Origin: Isurus oxyrinchus
Taxonomy: Eukaryota
NCBI GenBank assembly: GCA_026770705.1
Contig: JANJGN010000003.1
Span: 209,870,001 to 209,934,000 of the forward strand
DNA length: 64,000 bases
Direction of reading: 5' to 3'
This document shows positions 37,374 through 50,981 of this stretch, one piece after another. The position numbers were made by a program, and so were the translations under genes. Positions within the stretch are counted from its first letter, which is position 1, and every line of letters begins with the position of its first letter. The notes beneath the pieces are model-generated. The model searched no databases and was not told the origin of the DNA. It saw nothing but the letters and a program-made list of their open reading frames with translations.

Positions 37374-38802
37374 AATACCCTTACCAAAGATAAATCTATC
37401 TAACTCAAGTCTCGAAAGGTCAAATTGACTCCTGGCCTCCACAGCCTTTTTGGGGGAGAGTGTTCCAGATTTTCACTATCCTTTTTATGAAGAAGTGCTT
37501 TCCACTATCACTCCTCAATGGTGCATTAACTGAGAGGTGAACCTATATAACAAAATTCAGCAGCTAGTACGAATCAAAGCATTTGGTATGCTTGCAACAC
37601 AACCATGGAATTATACAACAAGCACTTCAATATTTGGCAAATCAACAAACTAATTTAAATTGTAAACAAAATTAAATAGAATATCAAATTATCATGTTAT
37701 TCCAAGTGTACCAGAAACCCATTCTGCATTAATAATTCTGTAGATTTGAACATTGCTTTAACTGCAAGTAGCTTGTAGGCTGGGATTTGAGTTGTTATTT
37801 CTTGAGGAACTATAGTGTAGAAGTAAGGATGATGTACTTAAAACTGTAACCTCAGATCAGTGTTAGGAATCACCAACAGCAAACCCTTTGGAACAGATGA
37901 GGGAGACACATTAAAATAGGGCAACTTATTTTTCCCTTTCTATTAATTCCCTTCCCTTTGCCTCCTTGCTGCTATTGACTACTTGCTCAGATCCAGTTCT
38001 AGGACTCCAGTTGCCCTTTAATATACGCATCACCACCAGGCCGCATCCTCACCTAGTGCTCACTTCCAGGAGGGATAGTTAGCTACTGAGCAGAAATGGG
38101 AACCCTGGAGAGCAGAAAAAATATAAATACAGAGAGTGGGGTTCAGGAGAAAAACCTATCCCCACCCCAAAAAAAAAACACCTGATTACAGCATCTGGAC
38201 ACACTGCTAAGGACCAATGACTGCTCAGTCAGCACTAGCCTCAGCACCTCAACTCTCACCATTATCTAGCCTGCTTGTAGAGGGACTGATGGTGATAAGT
38301 AACTCCATAAACTAACGATCAGGGTAATAAAATAACCAACCTTTCATTAGTATTATGCTAGACCAGTGTTGTCCAATATATTAGCTACTGGCCACAAGGA
38401 CAGCTGGGAATCCAGATGTCGCTAACCGCATTTCTGATTGGTAAAGAATAAATGATAATAGGTATGATTATTGGCCATGTGATTTCAATATTTATATTTG
38501 CATGGCCTATTCATGTGAACTTTGCCTTTTTGGTGCAGTTAGTAGTTAAATCACAAGAAAATCAGAGTGTTTGCAGCGTTTTTTGATCGCCATCGCTGCT
38601 TCCTTGGCTACTGAATATACATGTGCAAAACACATTTACCTATATTGGGTATGTGCAAGGCATTCTCGACTAAAATGCACATGTGTAAGGCAATTGTAAC
38701 ACTTATGGTTGGTCAACAATTCACACTGGTTTCTCCCATATCCACAGTAATACAAGCACTGGATCCCATCTATAGCACAGAGAATTTCAAGAAAATGCTC
38801 AC

Positions 38803-38845
38803 CTCCAGCTGCAGGTAATATTTTCCTTTGAGTTCAAAATAAGGT
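38803..38845 (-). CDS. SH3BP5: SH3BP5 short coding exon (PYFELKGKYYLQLE)
   Basis: tttag acceptor, gtgagc donor, 43 nt; matches human PYFELKAKYYVQLE. Confidence 0.93.
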
Positions 38846-39283
38846 CTAAACAAGAGAGAAAATACACATATTACAAATGGCTGTAAAATTCAATTCTATA
38901 TCAATTATGGTTAACTATATAAAGGTGGAGGTTATTGACTTGGGTTGTTACTTGAGCACATATGAAGGAACACTCTGATTCTGTGGTGTGCTGAGTTAAG
39001 AAGTATATGCTTGTGTAATGTCTCACATTGTGAACGAATCTAAACCGAGTAAAGATCAGCTATGGTTTTATCCTTCACCAACTGGCTATCAGGAATATAA
39101 CACAAGGTCAAAACCAAAGACAATACTGTCTTTTTGGATGAGCTGCTAACTTTTCTTCGCAAGAGATACAAAAGAAAGAACTGGCATTGATGCAGTGCCT
39201 ATCACAACCTCAGGGCATCTCAAAGCAGGTGAGGGTGTGAAGGATGGGGAGTAGGGTGCACAGTTTTATTGGAAATCACTCAC

Positions 39284-39414
39284 TTGGATTTATTTATGGC
39301 TCGTTTTAGTTTCTTCTCCAATTGCTTCATCCTGCTCATTGCTGCGTTGTACTTCATAGCTGTGTCTTTGTGTAACAGTTCACTCCTCGTCTTGGTCTGT
39401 TCTGCTTCCATGAC
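39284..39414 (-). CDS. SH3BP5: SH3BP5 coding exon (VMEAEQTKTRSELLHKDTAMKYNAAMSRMKQLEKKLKRAINKSK)
   Basis: cccag acceptor, gtgagt donor, 131 nt; strong match to the SH3BP5 coiled coil. Confidence 0.96.
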
Positions 39415-39719
39415 CTGGGACAGAGAAATAATGATAGGCGACAGCTCTACTCAAACGTCATGAACATGTAATGATGGCCTTTTAAAAAATGATGGCCTTT
39501 AAAACAATAAAGCACACTTTGCGAGGTTCAGCATCAGAAGGACCACCTGACCTTAGTCTACTATTCATAGTTTGTTTCAATTTTATTGCCTTATAACTGC
39601 AGAAATCTCACAGCTTTCATTGTCCAACTGCTCAGTCACACATCTCACACCCTGCCCTGTGAAATCTATTTAATTCTGAATAATTAAGGTGAGATTTCAT
39701 TCTTACAGATTCACACATT

Positions 39720-40873
39720 GAGGGAGACTGGTAATGGGTCAGGAGCCCCTTTTCATTCATTAGCAGGCTTTGCAGTGACTCTTCAACTCAGCCACAGGTT
39801 TACCACCTGGTTTCCTGACCAGAAGGGTGGGCAGGATGATGGGCCAAATCTGTCAAAGGAACGGTGTCTAGTTCAAGGGACCCTGGCAGGGGTCAGAGTT
39901 GCTGAACTGCACACACATGCCTCAGTCACCCTTCATAAGTGTTGTTTTTCCCTCCTCTCCACACAAGCCATTTCTCACACTCTCAGCTCTCTGCTTTCTC
40001 TCTTTGCAGGAGGAGAAAGCAAAGAACTGCAGGGAGAGGCAACGACCTGGGGTGCTGGTAGGGGCAGGAGCGGGTTCCAGCGATAGCCACCTTGCCACGG
40101 GCAATGGGTGCCCACCTGCACCAGTGGGAAGGAGGTCTTGCGCCAGGAGGCTGCAGATATCACCAATGACTTTACTTGAAAGCCTAAGTCTCATGAGGCA
40201 CTAGTGCTCACACAACAGGAGAGCTGATCCTCTGCCTGCAGAATCTGTGATTGGGTATCGCTTCCTTGGAGCTGGAAATCTACGTCCATCCCCTCTGTCC
40301 TGTGGAGCAGTATGTGGGTTAGAAAGGAGTTGGTGTTGCTCCTATTGTTCCTCAGAGGTGCAAGGCAGAGCTGCTCCCCATGCCGTGGTGAAGGATGACA
40401 GCAGAGAAGTGAAGTTCATGGTGAACACATGACAGGTGAACTGACTTCCAAGAAGTTGGGATTTTCCTCTCGAGCAGTGAAAGCACACTTTCTGTGAGCC
40501 CCAGCCTCTCACCTGACCATGACTGCAGCTCTTCAGTTTCACTGTTTGAAGGCTTTTCAGCCCATCAGTTTCACTGAAGAACTCCCACTGTGCCCTCACC
40601 TCCATCACCTCGGCAAGCTCCACACAGCTGAAGAAACCTGTGCGCTGGCTGTTAAAGCCAGAAAGCTAGGTTAATTTTACAATTAAGTCCCTCTTTTAAA
40701 ATGGAATCACTTCCTCAACAGCTCCCCAGTCACTGGCATAGGTGTCCAGGTTAAACCCAGAAATAGGCAGAGTCTTGTCAGATTCCCAACCTGATGCCAC
40801 TTTGAGTCTTTAACCAACCTCTCCCCACCACCCATTCCTGAACCTGTCTCCCTTGGAGGTTAGGATTCAGCCC
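39720..40873 (-). mobile_element. PIF/Harbinger DNA transposon fossil (transposase N-terminal remnant on -, Myb-like gene remnant on +)
   Basis: ORF 39922..40194 RLRLSSKVIGDICSLLAQDLLPTGAGGHPLPVA resembles the Harbinger transposase N-terminus; ttgcag|EEKAKNCRERQRPG on + resembles the Myb-like partner's second exon; right end aggattcagccc-tta. Confidence 0.7.
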
Positions 40874-41814
40874 TTAGATTGGATTTTGAAAACACATGTA
40901 GGCACCAACAGTCACTATTTCTTTTAACTGGTTTACATTTTCAAGTCATACATATCTGCAAATGTGTTTTTTTTAAACCAGTCAGTGATTAAAGATCTGA
41001 CAAGGGACTTGACCTATAGGTAGCTCCATCAACACCAGACACCATTTGGGATTGCACAAAGCTCCACTTGAATTTATAACTAAATTTGGGGAGAAACAAA
41101 TTCATCCGCCATGCTACACTGTGTGGACTACCATAATAGCACTTTTAAAAAGCATAAGATTGAATTAGAATTCAACGGCAAAAATAAGGAATAACTAAAG
41201 CGACTCACTCAAGATGTGCAACTGGTTTCTGCTTTTCCATTTCACATTGGTAGGAAATGAATTGTCTAAAGTGCAGACACAACAATCTACTTTTAAACTA
41301 TAATGCTCAGAACTTCAATAGTCTATCATTTGGTACAAGAAGCCAAATGTCCACAAGTGACGACTATTTATGCAGAAGGTGGCAAAACAAAACTAAAAGG
41401 GTGAAATTCCTCCCCAGTAACTGTAGTTGGAGTCATTATAATTACAAAATGGGGATTTTCTATTTTATAGTCAAGCCCAGTAACAAATAAAACACTACAA
41501 TACCCAGAGGGATTTAAGAACATCACAAAATGCTTTTTTTTTACAATTACACAGGGGTAGATGCCACAGATTGCCACCTCCCTGGCACTGATTGCAGGAT
41601 TTCTCATCCTTGCCTCACAGTGCAAAGATTTCCAGAAAGTTACAGGAATAGATTGGGCAAATGGAAATTCCAGTTCATCAGTTTGCAGGGAATAAACATG
41701 TAACTTCCTGACAACAGCTGCAGCCAATGAGAGGTTTTCAGCTCAGACTGTAGCAATCTGCAGCTCTAAATGAGGAAGTGTGGTGGTAAGAGAGAGCAAG
41801 GAACCTAGCACAGC

Positions 41815-42210
41815 AGAGCTTGTTCTCTTTAGCACAAAGAAGGCTATGAGGACATTTAACAGATTTGTTCAAATTTATTAAGGGTTTTGATAGGGTAGAT
41901 ACGGAGAAACTGTTTCCAGTGGCAGAAAAGTCATTAGTCAGAGGACAATGATTTAAGATAATTAGCAGAACAATCAGAAGAGGAGTTTTTTTTTAAACGC
42001 AGCAAGTTGCTACAACCCGAAATGCTTTAACTGAAAGGGCTGAGGAGGCAACTTTAATAGCAACTTTCAAAAAGGAATTGGGTAAATACTTGAAAAGGAA
42101 GGATCTGCAGGGCTATGAGGAAAGAGCAGGGGAACTCATTGGATAGCTCTTGTAAACAGAAGGTATAGGTATAATGGGCTGAATGGCCATGTTCTATGCT
42201 GTAAGATAAT
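41815..42210 (+). mobile_element. CR1 3' fragment
   Basis: KGFDRVDTEKLFPV-type remnant plus 3' UTR. Confidence 0.7.
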
Positions 42211-42379
42211 TGAAGTTGAGGCAGCAGTCCTAGAGTTGGACCAATACTAACACAAGGGTATTTCAGCAGCAGTTGCTTTTACACTGAAGACAGCAATAAC
42301 TCTGGGTTCAACTGAGGAAGTGTTATATTTCACAGAGCCAGTGCTGGTGGCAACCAGCTTACAGGATTTTTATCAAAAT

Positions 42380-43890
42380 GTACTGCATAGAAATATTTAC
42401 AGCACAGAAGGAGGCCATTTGGTCCATATTATCCATGCTGGCTGAAAGAGGGTTATCCAGCTCCTTCGTCTCTCACCCTGGAGGTTACAGCACCTCAAGT
42501 GTACATCCAAGTGGTTTTTTTAAAAATATGATGAGGGTTTCTGCCTCTACCAGACTTCCAGGCAGTGAGCTCCTATGCCCCATTGTTATTAACCTCTTTG
42601 CAAATGGAAATAGATTCTTCCTATCCAGTTTATCTAGGCCCCTCATAATTTTATACATCTCAAATAAATCTTCCCTCAGCCTCCTCTTTTACAAAGTAAA
42701 CACCTCAGGCTACTCAATCTTTCCTCAAGCCTATAATTCTCCATTTCTGCATGGTAACATCCTCATAAATCTCCTCTGCACCCTCTCCAGTGCAATCACA
42801 CCCTTTTTGTGATGCAGTGACCAGAACTGTGTGCAGTATTCTAGCTGCCATCTAACTAGTGTTCTGTACAGTTCTAGCATAATGTCCCAGTTCTTATGGT
42901 CTATGACAGACGCTATGGTTCAGCCAATAAAAGGAAGTATACCATATGCCTTCTCAAGCAGCTTATCTACCTGTCTTGTTACTGTCCCATCCAGCAGAGG
43001 CTCGTTATCTCCAAAAAAGCACTAATGCCCACCCCCTACCCCCAGAACTACACAAAGGCTCTTTACATTTCCAAAGCAGAATTCTGACCACCAGAAACAG
43101 GGTGCCTGGGAGGACTCTGAACACCTCTGTTAAACATGTCAAGATTTCAGACCTGGAAAATACATCCTTTGTCCAAAACCCAGGAGAAGTAGTGGGAGGT
43201 ATGTCACATGACCTCCCCCAAGCTGCTAGATCCTGTAATATTACTATGTGGAACTGAACCCAGGCAGTCTGCCATTTTCCATCAACAGAGCAGCAACTGA
43301 ACTAGGTTTTAAATTACCTGGCCTTCTTCTACACTGTGTACCACTGGAACATCTGAACTTCTGTATCTGTGTCTACAAGACTAATTCACCTTTATGTGCC
43401 TTCTTCCATCGTGGAAGTCATTACTTCTGGAGAAGCGGATCATCCTGCAACAGTTTCAGTCTGCTAACCTCTGAAGGGTTTTTTTGATTCTGGATTCACA
43501 TGAAACCATTATTCTTATTTTGTCAGTGGTCTTTGTCCTAAACCCCTTTCTTTCACTTATCCTTTTATTGTGTGAATGCAAAAACGGGTAGATATTGCGA
43601 ACCCCCTTCCTGCTTTTAGTGTGTGTGAAATAAATTAAACTTCTGGTTTTTACCCTATCTCGAGTTTGTTGTGGAGTTATTGATATAGGATTGGATCACT
43701 CCAAAACTGAAGGGTTGGGGTCGATAAATCACTGCTTACAAAAGGGGAAAATCAAAACTCAAAAACACCATTCTGTTCATGGATGGGTAGTGAGATGAGA
43801 AATCAGGGCTGTTTAAATTTAACCCCCCATTCCTGTCTGTAGCATTACCTTCAGTGATCTCTGGACAAGCACTCAAAGGTTCACTCTGAA
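42380..43890 (-). mobile_element. CR1 3' fragment interrupted by a solo LTR
   Basis: CR1 C-terminal sequence on minus strand; resumes (ttaccttcagtgatctctggac) after 43844. Confidence 0.75.
42983..43844 (+). mobile_element. Solo LTR (family B)
   Basis: TG...CA ends (tgtccc...ctgtctgtagca); 4-bp TSD ttac at 42979-42982 and 43845-43848; AATAAA near 43629. Confidence 0.7.
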
Positions 43891-44124
43891 CCTTGAATAA
43901 TGCAAGGCTTGATATTAACTCAGGGCAGAAGCTGGGATCAGGAGGGAAACATGGGGGCCAAACCAGGTGAACATTCCAAGCATTTTTTTTTGTACATCAC
44001 CCTAGTCTTAGTACATTCATCAGAGTCCAGAACCTCAGAAAACCATCTTACAGATGGGCCCCAAGAACATGGTACAGGATTTGTAACCTGTGGGATCTGA
44101 CTGTTAAATTAGGGTTCAACATAC

Positions 44125-44289
44125 CCGCTGTGTTGCATGATTAAGCATCTCTTGCCATGCTGAATCAAACTGCCGTTCCTCATCTTCCAGCAACCTCTGT
44201 TCAGCCAGAGAAATGGTCTCTTTGGCTGCCCGCAACACCTCAGTGGCTCTTTGAAAATCCTGAGTAGCCTTCTGGGCCTCCAACTGTGC
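44125..44289 (-). CDS. SH3BP5: SH3BP5 coding exon (AQLEAQKATQDFQRATEVLRAAKETISLAEQRLLEDEERQFDSAWQEMLNHATQR)
   Basis: cacag acceptor, gtatgt donor, 165 nt; DSAWQEMLNHAT signature; ORF 44116..44442. Confidence 0.97.
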
Positions 44290-44984
44290 CTGTGGGGAAA
44301 CAAGATAAACAGGAAACTTATTTCTTATGAGAATATGTGAAATCAAAAATCTTTTGACAAAGTTTGATTCAGGACAATTAATGGATTCAATATCCATTCC
44401 TTCCATCACTGGTGCACTGTGTTTGCAATCTCTAGGATACACTGCAGTAGCTCACTAAGGTTACTTCAACTGTCTCTACCAAGTTCACGAACTCTACCAC
44501 CAAGAATGTCAAGAAAAGTAACGTCATCACCTGCAAATTTTCCTCCAAGTCACACATCATCCTGGCTTGGACATATATCACTTTCCTTCATTGTCATTGA
44601 GTCAAAAGTTTGGAATTCCCCACCTAACCCTGGGAGCGGCATCATCACAAGGATAGCAGCAGTTCATGAAGTTACCCACCTTCTCAAGGAAACTAACGAT
44701 AAGCAATGAAGGTTAGCCTTCCTGGCGATTCCCATATTCCAAGAACAAATATATTTAAAAAGAATGAAGCAAGAATGTGAGAGACATTAAGCAAAACATG
44801 GCATTGGGAGGAGGGTACAGAGAGTCACTAGGAACCATGACTAAACAATGGTCCACTCTAGTTTTTATGCCTAGTCTTTGAAATGAAGACAAGGGCACTG
44901 GACAAAGCATTACCACATTGTGGGGATTATTTTTAAATTCTTTTTAAACTGTATAATATTTTTCAGATGAATATGAGGAAAAAG

Positions 44985-45375
44985 GCACCAATGACTTGAT
45001 CCAAAGGTCATGGGTTTAAGTCCCACACCCAAGACTTGAGCACAACATCTAGGCTGCCACTCCAATGCAGTGATGCACTCCCTTCATACTGTCTTTTCGA
45101 TGGGATATTAAACTGAAGCCCCATCTTCCCTCTCAGGTGGAATTAAAAGATCATATTTGAAGAAGAGTTAGGGAGATTTCCCAGTTTCCTAACCAACATT
45201 TATCCATCAGCCAACCCGTAAAACAAACAATCTAACTGCTGCTTGTGGGACTTTGCTGAGTTGTGACATTTCCTACATTCAACAGTGAAGTGACGATACT
45301 TCAAGATTACTTAATTGGCTGCACTCTGGAATGTTGAGGTTATGAAAGGCACTATATAAATGCAAGTCTTTTTTT
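44985..45375 (+). mobile_element. Deu-type SINE copy
   Basis: gggtttaagtcccac B-box region, Deu-like body, tail aaaggcactatataaatgcaagtct. Confidence 0.75.
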
Positions 45376-45689
45376 AAATCGAGGGCAGTATATTAAGACA
45401 CTAATCAGTGCAAGTGCTCACATTTATCAGTCCCACGGTATGACCAACAAATGTAGATCAGTTAAATATTAATTAAAAAGAATGTATAGGACAAAGGGGA
45501 AGCAGGTTCGGTGCATGTGACAGGTCCTGAATCCCCAGATGAAATGGGGATCAAATACCATGCTATTGGTATCAATCTGAGCCACGCAGTCATCCAGCCA
45601 ATTAGCCCCCAAGCTGCTGTGGCAACATACACTTTTACATACGTGTTGTAGTGCAGAACTATGAACAGTGATGGAAGAGGCTCCAGTTT

Positions 45690-45890
45690 TCTTTCCATCA
45701 TATGGTTGACCAAGAACCTCTCCCGCTCTTACCACCCACCATTGGCGTGTGTTGGAAGGAGTTACCAGTAGATAATCAAACTGTTTGGCTGCATTATGAA
45801 CATACCTTCTGTGGCCATGGAGTGGCACTTGAACCCGGAACTTCTGACTCAGGGGCAGGAATGAGACCCACTGTTCCACAAGGCCTCTCT
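45690..45890 (-). mobile_element. tRNA-derived SINE (third family)
   Basis: A/B-box-like head on minus strand (gtggaacagtggg...gggttcaagtgcc); second copy at 61274-61561. Confidence 0.65.
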
Positions 45891-46061
45891 TCAAAATTCC
45901 AATAACTGAAATACCATGTCAAACTTGCATGCAATCATTAGCGCAAGATCATAATTTATGATGCAGGACAATTTACAAGATCAAAACCTTCTGAGACCCT
46001 CATTTTGTACAATATAAACCCATCTAGCAGATCCTATAGCACAGTATAGTAAGAATGTGCT

Positions 46062-47150
46062 CATACAAACGTATGAATTATGAGCAGGAGTAGGTCATTC
46101 AGCCCCTCAAACCTACTCCACCATTCTAAAAAAATCATGGCTTATTTGATTTTGGCCTCAACTACATATTCCCACCTATCCCCAATAACTTTTGACTCCC
46201 TTGTTAGTCAAGAACCTATCTAGCTTTGCCTTAAAATTATTCAATGACAGCCTCCGTCACTCTCTGGGGAAGAGAGTTCCAGAGGCTCTCAACCCTCAGA
46301 AAAATTTTCTCATTTCGTCTTAAATAGGAGACCCCTTATTTTTATGCTGTCGTCTAGTTCCAGTCTCCCCCATTAAGGGAAACATCTTTTCAGCATCCAT
46401 CCTGTCAAGTTCCCTCAGAACCTTGTATGTTACAACAAGATCATCTCTCATTCTTCTAACTCCAATGGATACAGGCCCAACTTGTCCAACTTTTCCTTAT
46501 AAAATAACCTCTTTAACCCAGATATCAGTTAAGTGAACCTTCTTTGAACCGCTTCTAAAGCATTTATATCCTTTCTTAATAAGGAGACTAAAACTGTAAA
46601 CAGTATTCTAGATGTGGTCTCGCCAAAGCCCTATACAACTGTGGCAAAACATCTCTACTTTTATATTCTATTCCCTTTGCAATAAACAACAACATTCCAT
46701 TTGCCTTCCTAATCACTTGCTGTACCTGCATACTAACTTTTTGTGATTCATGCACCAGGACATCCAAACCCCTCTGTGCTTCAGAGTTCTGTAATTTCCC
46801 TCCATTTAAATAATATGCTGCTCTTCTATTTGTCCTGTCAAAGTGGACAAGTTCACATTTTCTCACTTTATACTCTATCTGCCAAATTTTTGCTTGCTCT
46901 CTTAACCTTTCTATGTCCCTTTGCAGATTCCTTACATCCTCTTCACAACTTACTTTCCTACCTATCTTTGTATCATCAGTAAATTTAGCAGCCATACATT
47001 TGGTTCCTTCATCCAATTCATTGATATAAATTGTAAATAGTTGAGGCCCCAGCACTGATCCCTATGGTACTCCAGTCGTCACATCTTGCTGACCAGAACA
47101 TGACTCATTTATGCCTACTTTCTGTTTCCTATTAGCTAACCAATCCTCGA
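46062..47150 (-). mobile_element. 5'-truncated CR1 LINE
   Basis: ORF 46588..47055 (LGPQLFTIYINELDEG...KFTDDTK...RPHLEYC) plus 3' UTR. Confidence 0.92.
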
Positions 47151-48871
47151 TCTGACCTTTGCTCACATTTCTTTCTTGGCCTAAGCATACTTTGCTAGAT
47201 CTCAAACCCGCCTGAGTGTTCCAAACAAACTACCGATGTAGCAATGATCACACTGAATGGTTAAAGAATTTAGTTGTTGCTGAAGTTCTGCTAACTTCTT
47301 TCACAGCAGAGGAATGTGTTCTGAATAAAAAGATTGGCAACAATTGCCAGAAGCAGTGTGACTGTTCCTCGGTCCCCACAAGTCATCGTGAATTATGAGT
47401 GGTTAGAATGAATGGCTTGACTGATAAACTCAATTCATTTCACAATGGGTCACGTCATAGTCTTCTGAATGAATTAGCATAAAGCCTGCATTGTTGGCCA
47501 GTTGAACAGGCTCTGTCCACAATGGGAACAATGAATCCTGCAAAGGAGCCTGAAGCCTTCTTTAAATGGGTTGGCAAGTACCATTTGCGAACAGCAAGAC
47601 AACATTCCAATACAGCTCAGTAGGAAATGCAAATTATGACATCGCTCTTTTTGCCTTCCCTGGTGATATTCCACATCTCTTCTCATTTCACCACATAACA
47701 CACACTGCACTTCAAAAAGGTAATGCATTGCATAAAGGGCTTTGATGTGGTGAGGTGCAATATCAATGTAAGAGTTATCACAGCATAGAAGGTACAACAC
47801 AAGAAATAGGCCATTCAGCCCATTTTCTGGCATTTACCCTCCACAAACCCATATTGCTTGAGGGAAAAATTGCTCCCACAAACTAAACGTCAACATACCC
47901 AGTCCACCCATAAAAGTAATGTAACAATTAATAGGGGGAGGAAACAAGAGGATTGATTAGCTTCTGAGGATATGGCAGTGTGAAATGTCCACTAGTGAAT
48001 GGCACTCCAAGGGTAGGACTCCACGGTTAAAAGGCCAGATACGTTTTTAATTTTAAAAACAAAATTATTTCAGAAGGAATTTTCCCAGTAGACCAAGCAG
48101 TCAAAGCCTTCAGAAACACAAAAATTAAGACAAGAACAGAAGTGGCTTATTCTAAAATAGGCTAGTAACCTAGCAACCACTTCCTGTCAGAAACCTAGGC
48201 TCTCAACCTTAAAGCCACCAGATGCTCTACATATGGTTCAAATGCCCTAACAATGTTAGATTCATTTTGCATAAACACATAAAATAAATAAAAGGTGCTG
48301 AAAATTATGAGGGGGTTTGATAGAGCAGATAGAGAGAAACTCTTTTTACTTACTGGTACTGCAGAATCTGTACATACTTTTTTAAAAATACTAAACATCC
48401 CCATAGATATAAGGGTCAAACACTACAGATCAACATTATAAATGGAACTTATACTGTATTAGGCTGCAGGGTTCAAAGATAAATGTACAGAATTAGCAAA
48501 CAGAGAGGCAGGGTCTTTTTTAAATAAAATTGTTGTTTTCTTTTGGATTATTTTCAACTTTCTGCTCGCTTCCCTCTCTGTTGATATACAATTGGGTAAT
48601 TTGTCTTCCTTGGCATGGTCACCCATTGGATTTTGTTATTCTTAGTTTCTGTTATTTTTATTTTATTTTTCCTCCTCTCTACATTCTGTTTCTCCAGCTA
48701 GATTCTCACGCTGTATGAAGATTACCCATAACAAGAATTTCCTTCCCTTGATCCTCAGAATTAATCCTTCATAGCAACCCTGAGCACCAAGACTCTCAGC
48801 TTTCATTGGTTGACACGGTTTACCATTCAGCAATACTGGCTGCTGATTTAAGGTGCTGGATAGACATACAT

Positions 48872-49468
48872 GGGGCAATTTTAACCACCAAAAAATGGGT
48901 GTGTTGGAGTCAGGTGGGGTGTTAAAATTTTAAAAAACTGAAGCCCAATGCCCCACTCCACCCACGTCCAGTTTTAACAGTGGTGGGAATTGGGCAGGCA
49001 GCAAACCCACACACAGGAGGTGGGTTGACTACTTAAATACTTTATTGAGGCTGCATGCCTCACGTAACCTGCCTTCCAGGTTTAATCCGTGTCTGCACAG
49101 CAGCTGAAAAGAGGCAAGGACAGCTTCCCAGAAAAGGGAAGTGTCTTTATGGCACGGCTTCTGGGCCAAGGGGAGCAGGAGTGCTTTTTCCCAACCCACC
49201 AAGCCTACGCTAGGAAGAAAACCACATTTGCACCTCTTCTAACCCACCCCAGCTTGCTCATAAAACCAACTCCATCAATATAAGGCCACAGACTTGCCAT
49301 TAGATTCACACTCAGCTGGCTGGGATTACACCACAGCTACTAGTTGACGACCATTATCTCTCAAATCAATTCCAGTCTCAGTGGATTTGGCTTATGCCCA
49401 GCTGCAATCACGACTCTCTCAGCCGGCAGAGACTTGGCACATGTAAATACGGCCATTAAATTTACACC
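48872..49468. mobile_element. Probable Harbinger-like MITE
   Basis: Imperfect termini ggggcaattttaac / attaaatttacacc; GC-richer body. Confidence 0.45.
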
Positions 49469-50076
49469 TTTCTTAATGCTACTAATCACTTCACAGGAAC
49501 ACAGGACAAATAACCCCAATCATCATCCGGAACAAGTTTCAGAAATCCATGTCCAAAGACAACAAAAGAGGAAATTTGAACAGAGCAGGATTCCGGCAGA
49601 TGAGGGGGTTGTGGGACAAGTGTCAAACCTTCCGAGACTTTGGCAAAGCAAGGCCCAGGTAACTTTAACATTTTAACACCTGGGCCTCATCTGCGCAGGC
49701 AAGAAGCAGTTGACCAGGCAACTAGTGGGAGCAGAGGTTCATCAGTCAAAGGCACTAAAGGGATGCTTGCTAGCAAGAACACAAGTGACAGGGTTGAGGT
49801 GGTGGGGAGCATATGAGGAGGAACGCTGAGCAGGGGAGACATCAGCTATCCTTCTAATGCCTTTATCACCTGCTCAGGGGAGCGGGCTTAAATTGCTACC
49901 TGGAGGAATTTGGCCAGGACATCAACAGGTACATAAGAAATAGGAGCAGGAATAGACCTTACAGCTCCTTGAGACTTCTCCACCACTCAATTCAAACATA
50001 GCTGTTCTTCTGCCTCAACTCGACTTTCCTGCCCTTCCACCCAGTAGGGCAGACAGGCCATCAGTTTAATGTCTCA

Positions 50077-50981
50077 TGCTACGGACAGAATTTGCGTGGA
50101 CCCTTCCTGTCCATAATCAGGATGTTTATATTTAATCTGGGTGTGTTCTTACTCTCAAGAGTGATTTTTCCTAATTTAAAATACATTCCAGCAGGATTTT
50201 AGCTAATTTTAAAAATAAAGATTATTTCTTTTCACACACTTGTCCTGGATGTTTAAATGCAATGTCTCAATCACCTGTCTCACTCACACACACAGAGATT
50301 AGTTACAGATGAATTTAAAGCTGTAATTATAAAAATGGAATTTATAACTCAGTCTCTATGTTGAGGCAGGCCTGATGTCTTCTCAGCTGAGTTGATACTT
50401 TAGTTGGAGTGACGGTCTTTTAGAAACAAAGGGTTCTCATGAAGCTGCAAAGTCTCTTGTAGACAAATAGCCAGGAGATTTATTCTCAGATGGACTTGGA
50501 AGCTGGAACAAATACATTACTTTGGCTGCATTAGAAAGCTTTAAGCTGAGACGGTCCAGCTGTTTCAGATGGTTTTCTGCTGGGTTTGTTTTGTTCTGTC
50601 CCTGAAAGTCAGGTTCAGTCATATAACTGCAGGGTTAACACTGGGCATTTGCTCTTATCTCTGCCCCAACTTGAGTTCAAATATTCTCCTTTGCTCAATA
50701 TGCACTTGGAGACCAAAAGTCTAAAGATCCCATATCACTCAAACGCTAGTTCATCCTTAAACAATGAGATATGTAAACTTCACAGATGGCTGCAATGTTC
50801 CCATATTCAGGTCCATATTTAACTAAGTATTGGCCGTAGAATTGAAAACTGTCCACAGTTTAAATGCCCATAGTCACATGTTAATTTGCAGCCATCTTAA
50901 CAGGTTTTGTGGCCATTTTCACGATACATGATCTTACAGTGCTTAATATCCAATATCCTCATGCTTGTACTGAATATGACA
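50077..50981 (-). mobile_element. Solo LTR (family B-like) inserted in a SINE
   Basis: tgctacggacag...atatgaca; 4-bp TSD ctca at 50073-50076 and 50982-50985; left end is almost the reverse complement of the 43844 terminus; SINE sequence resumes on both sides. Confidence 0.78.
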
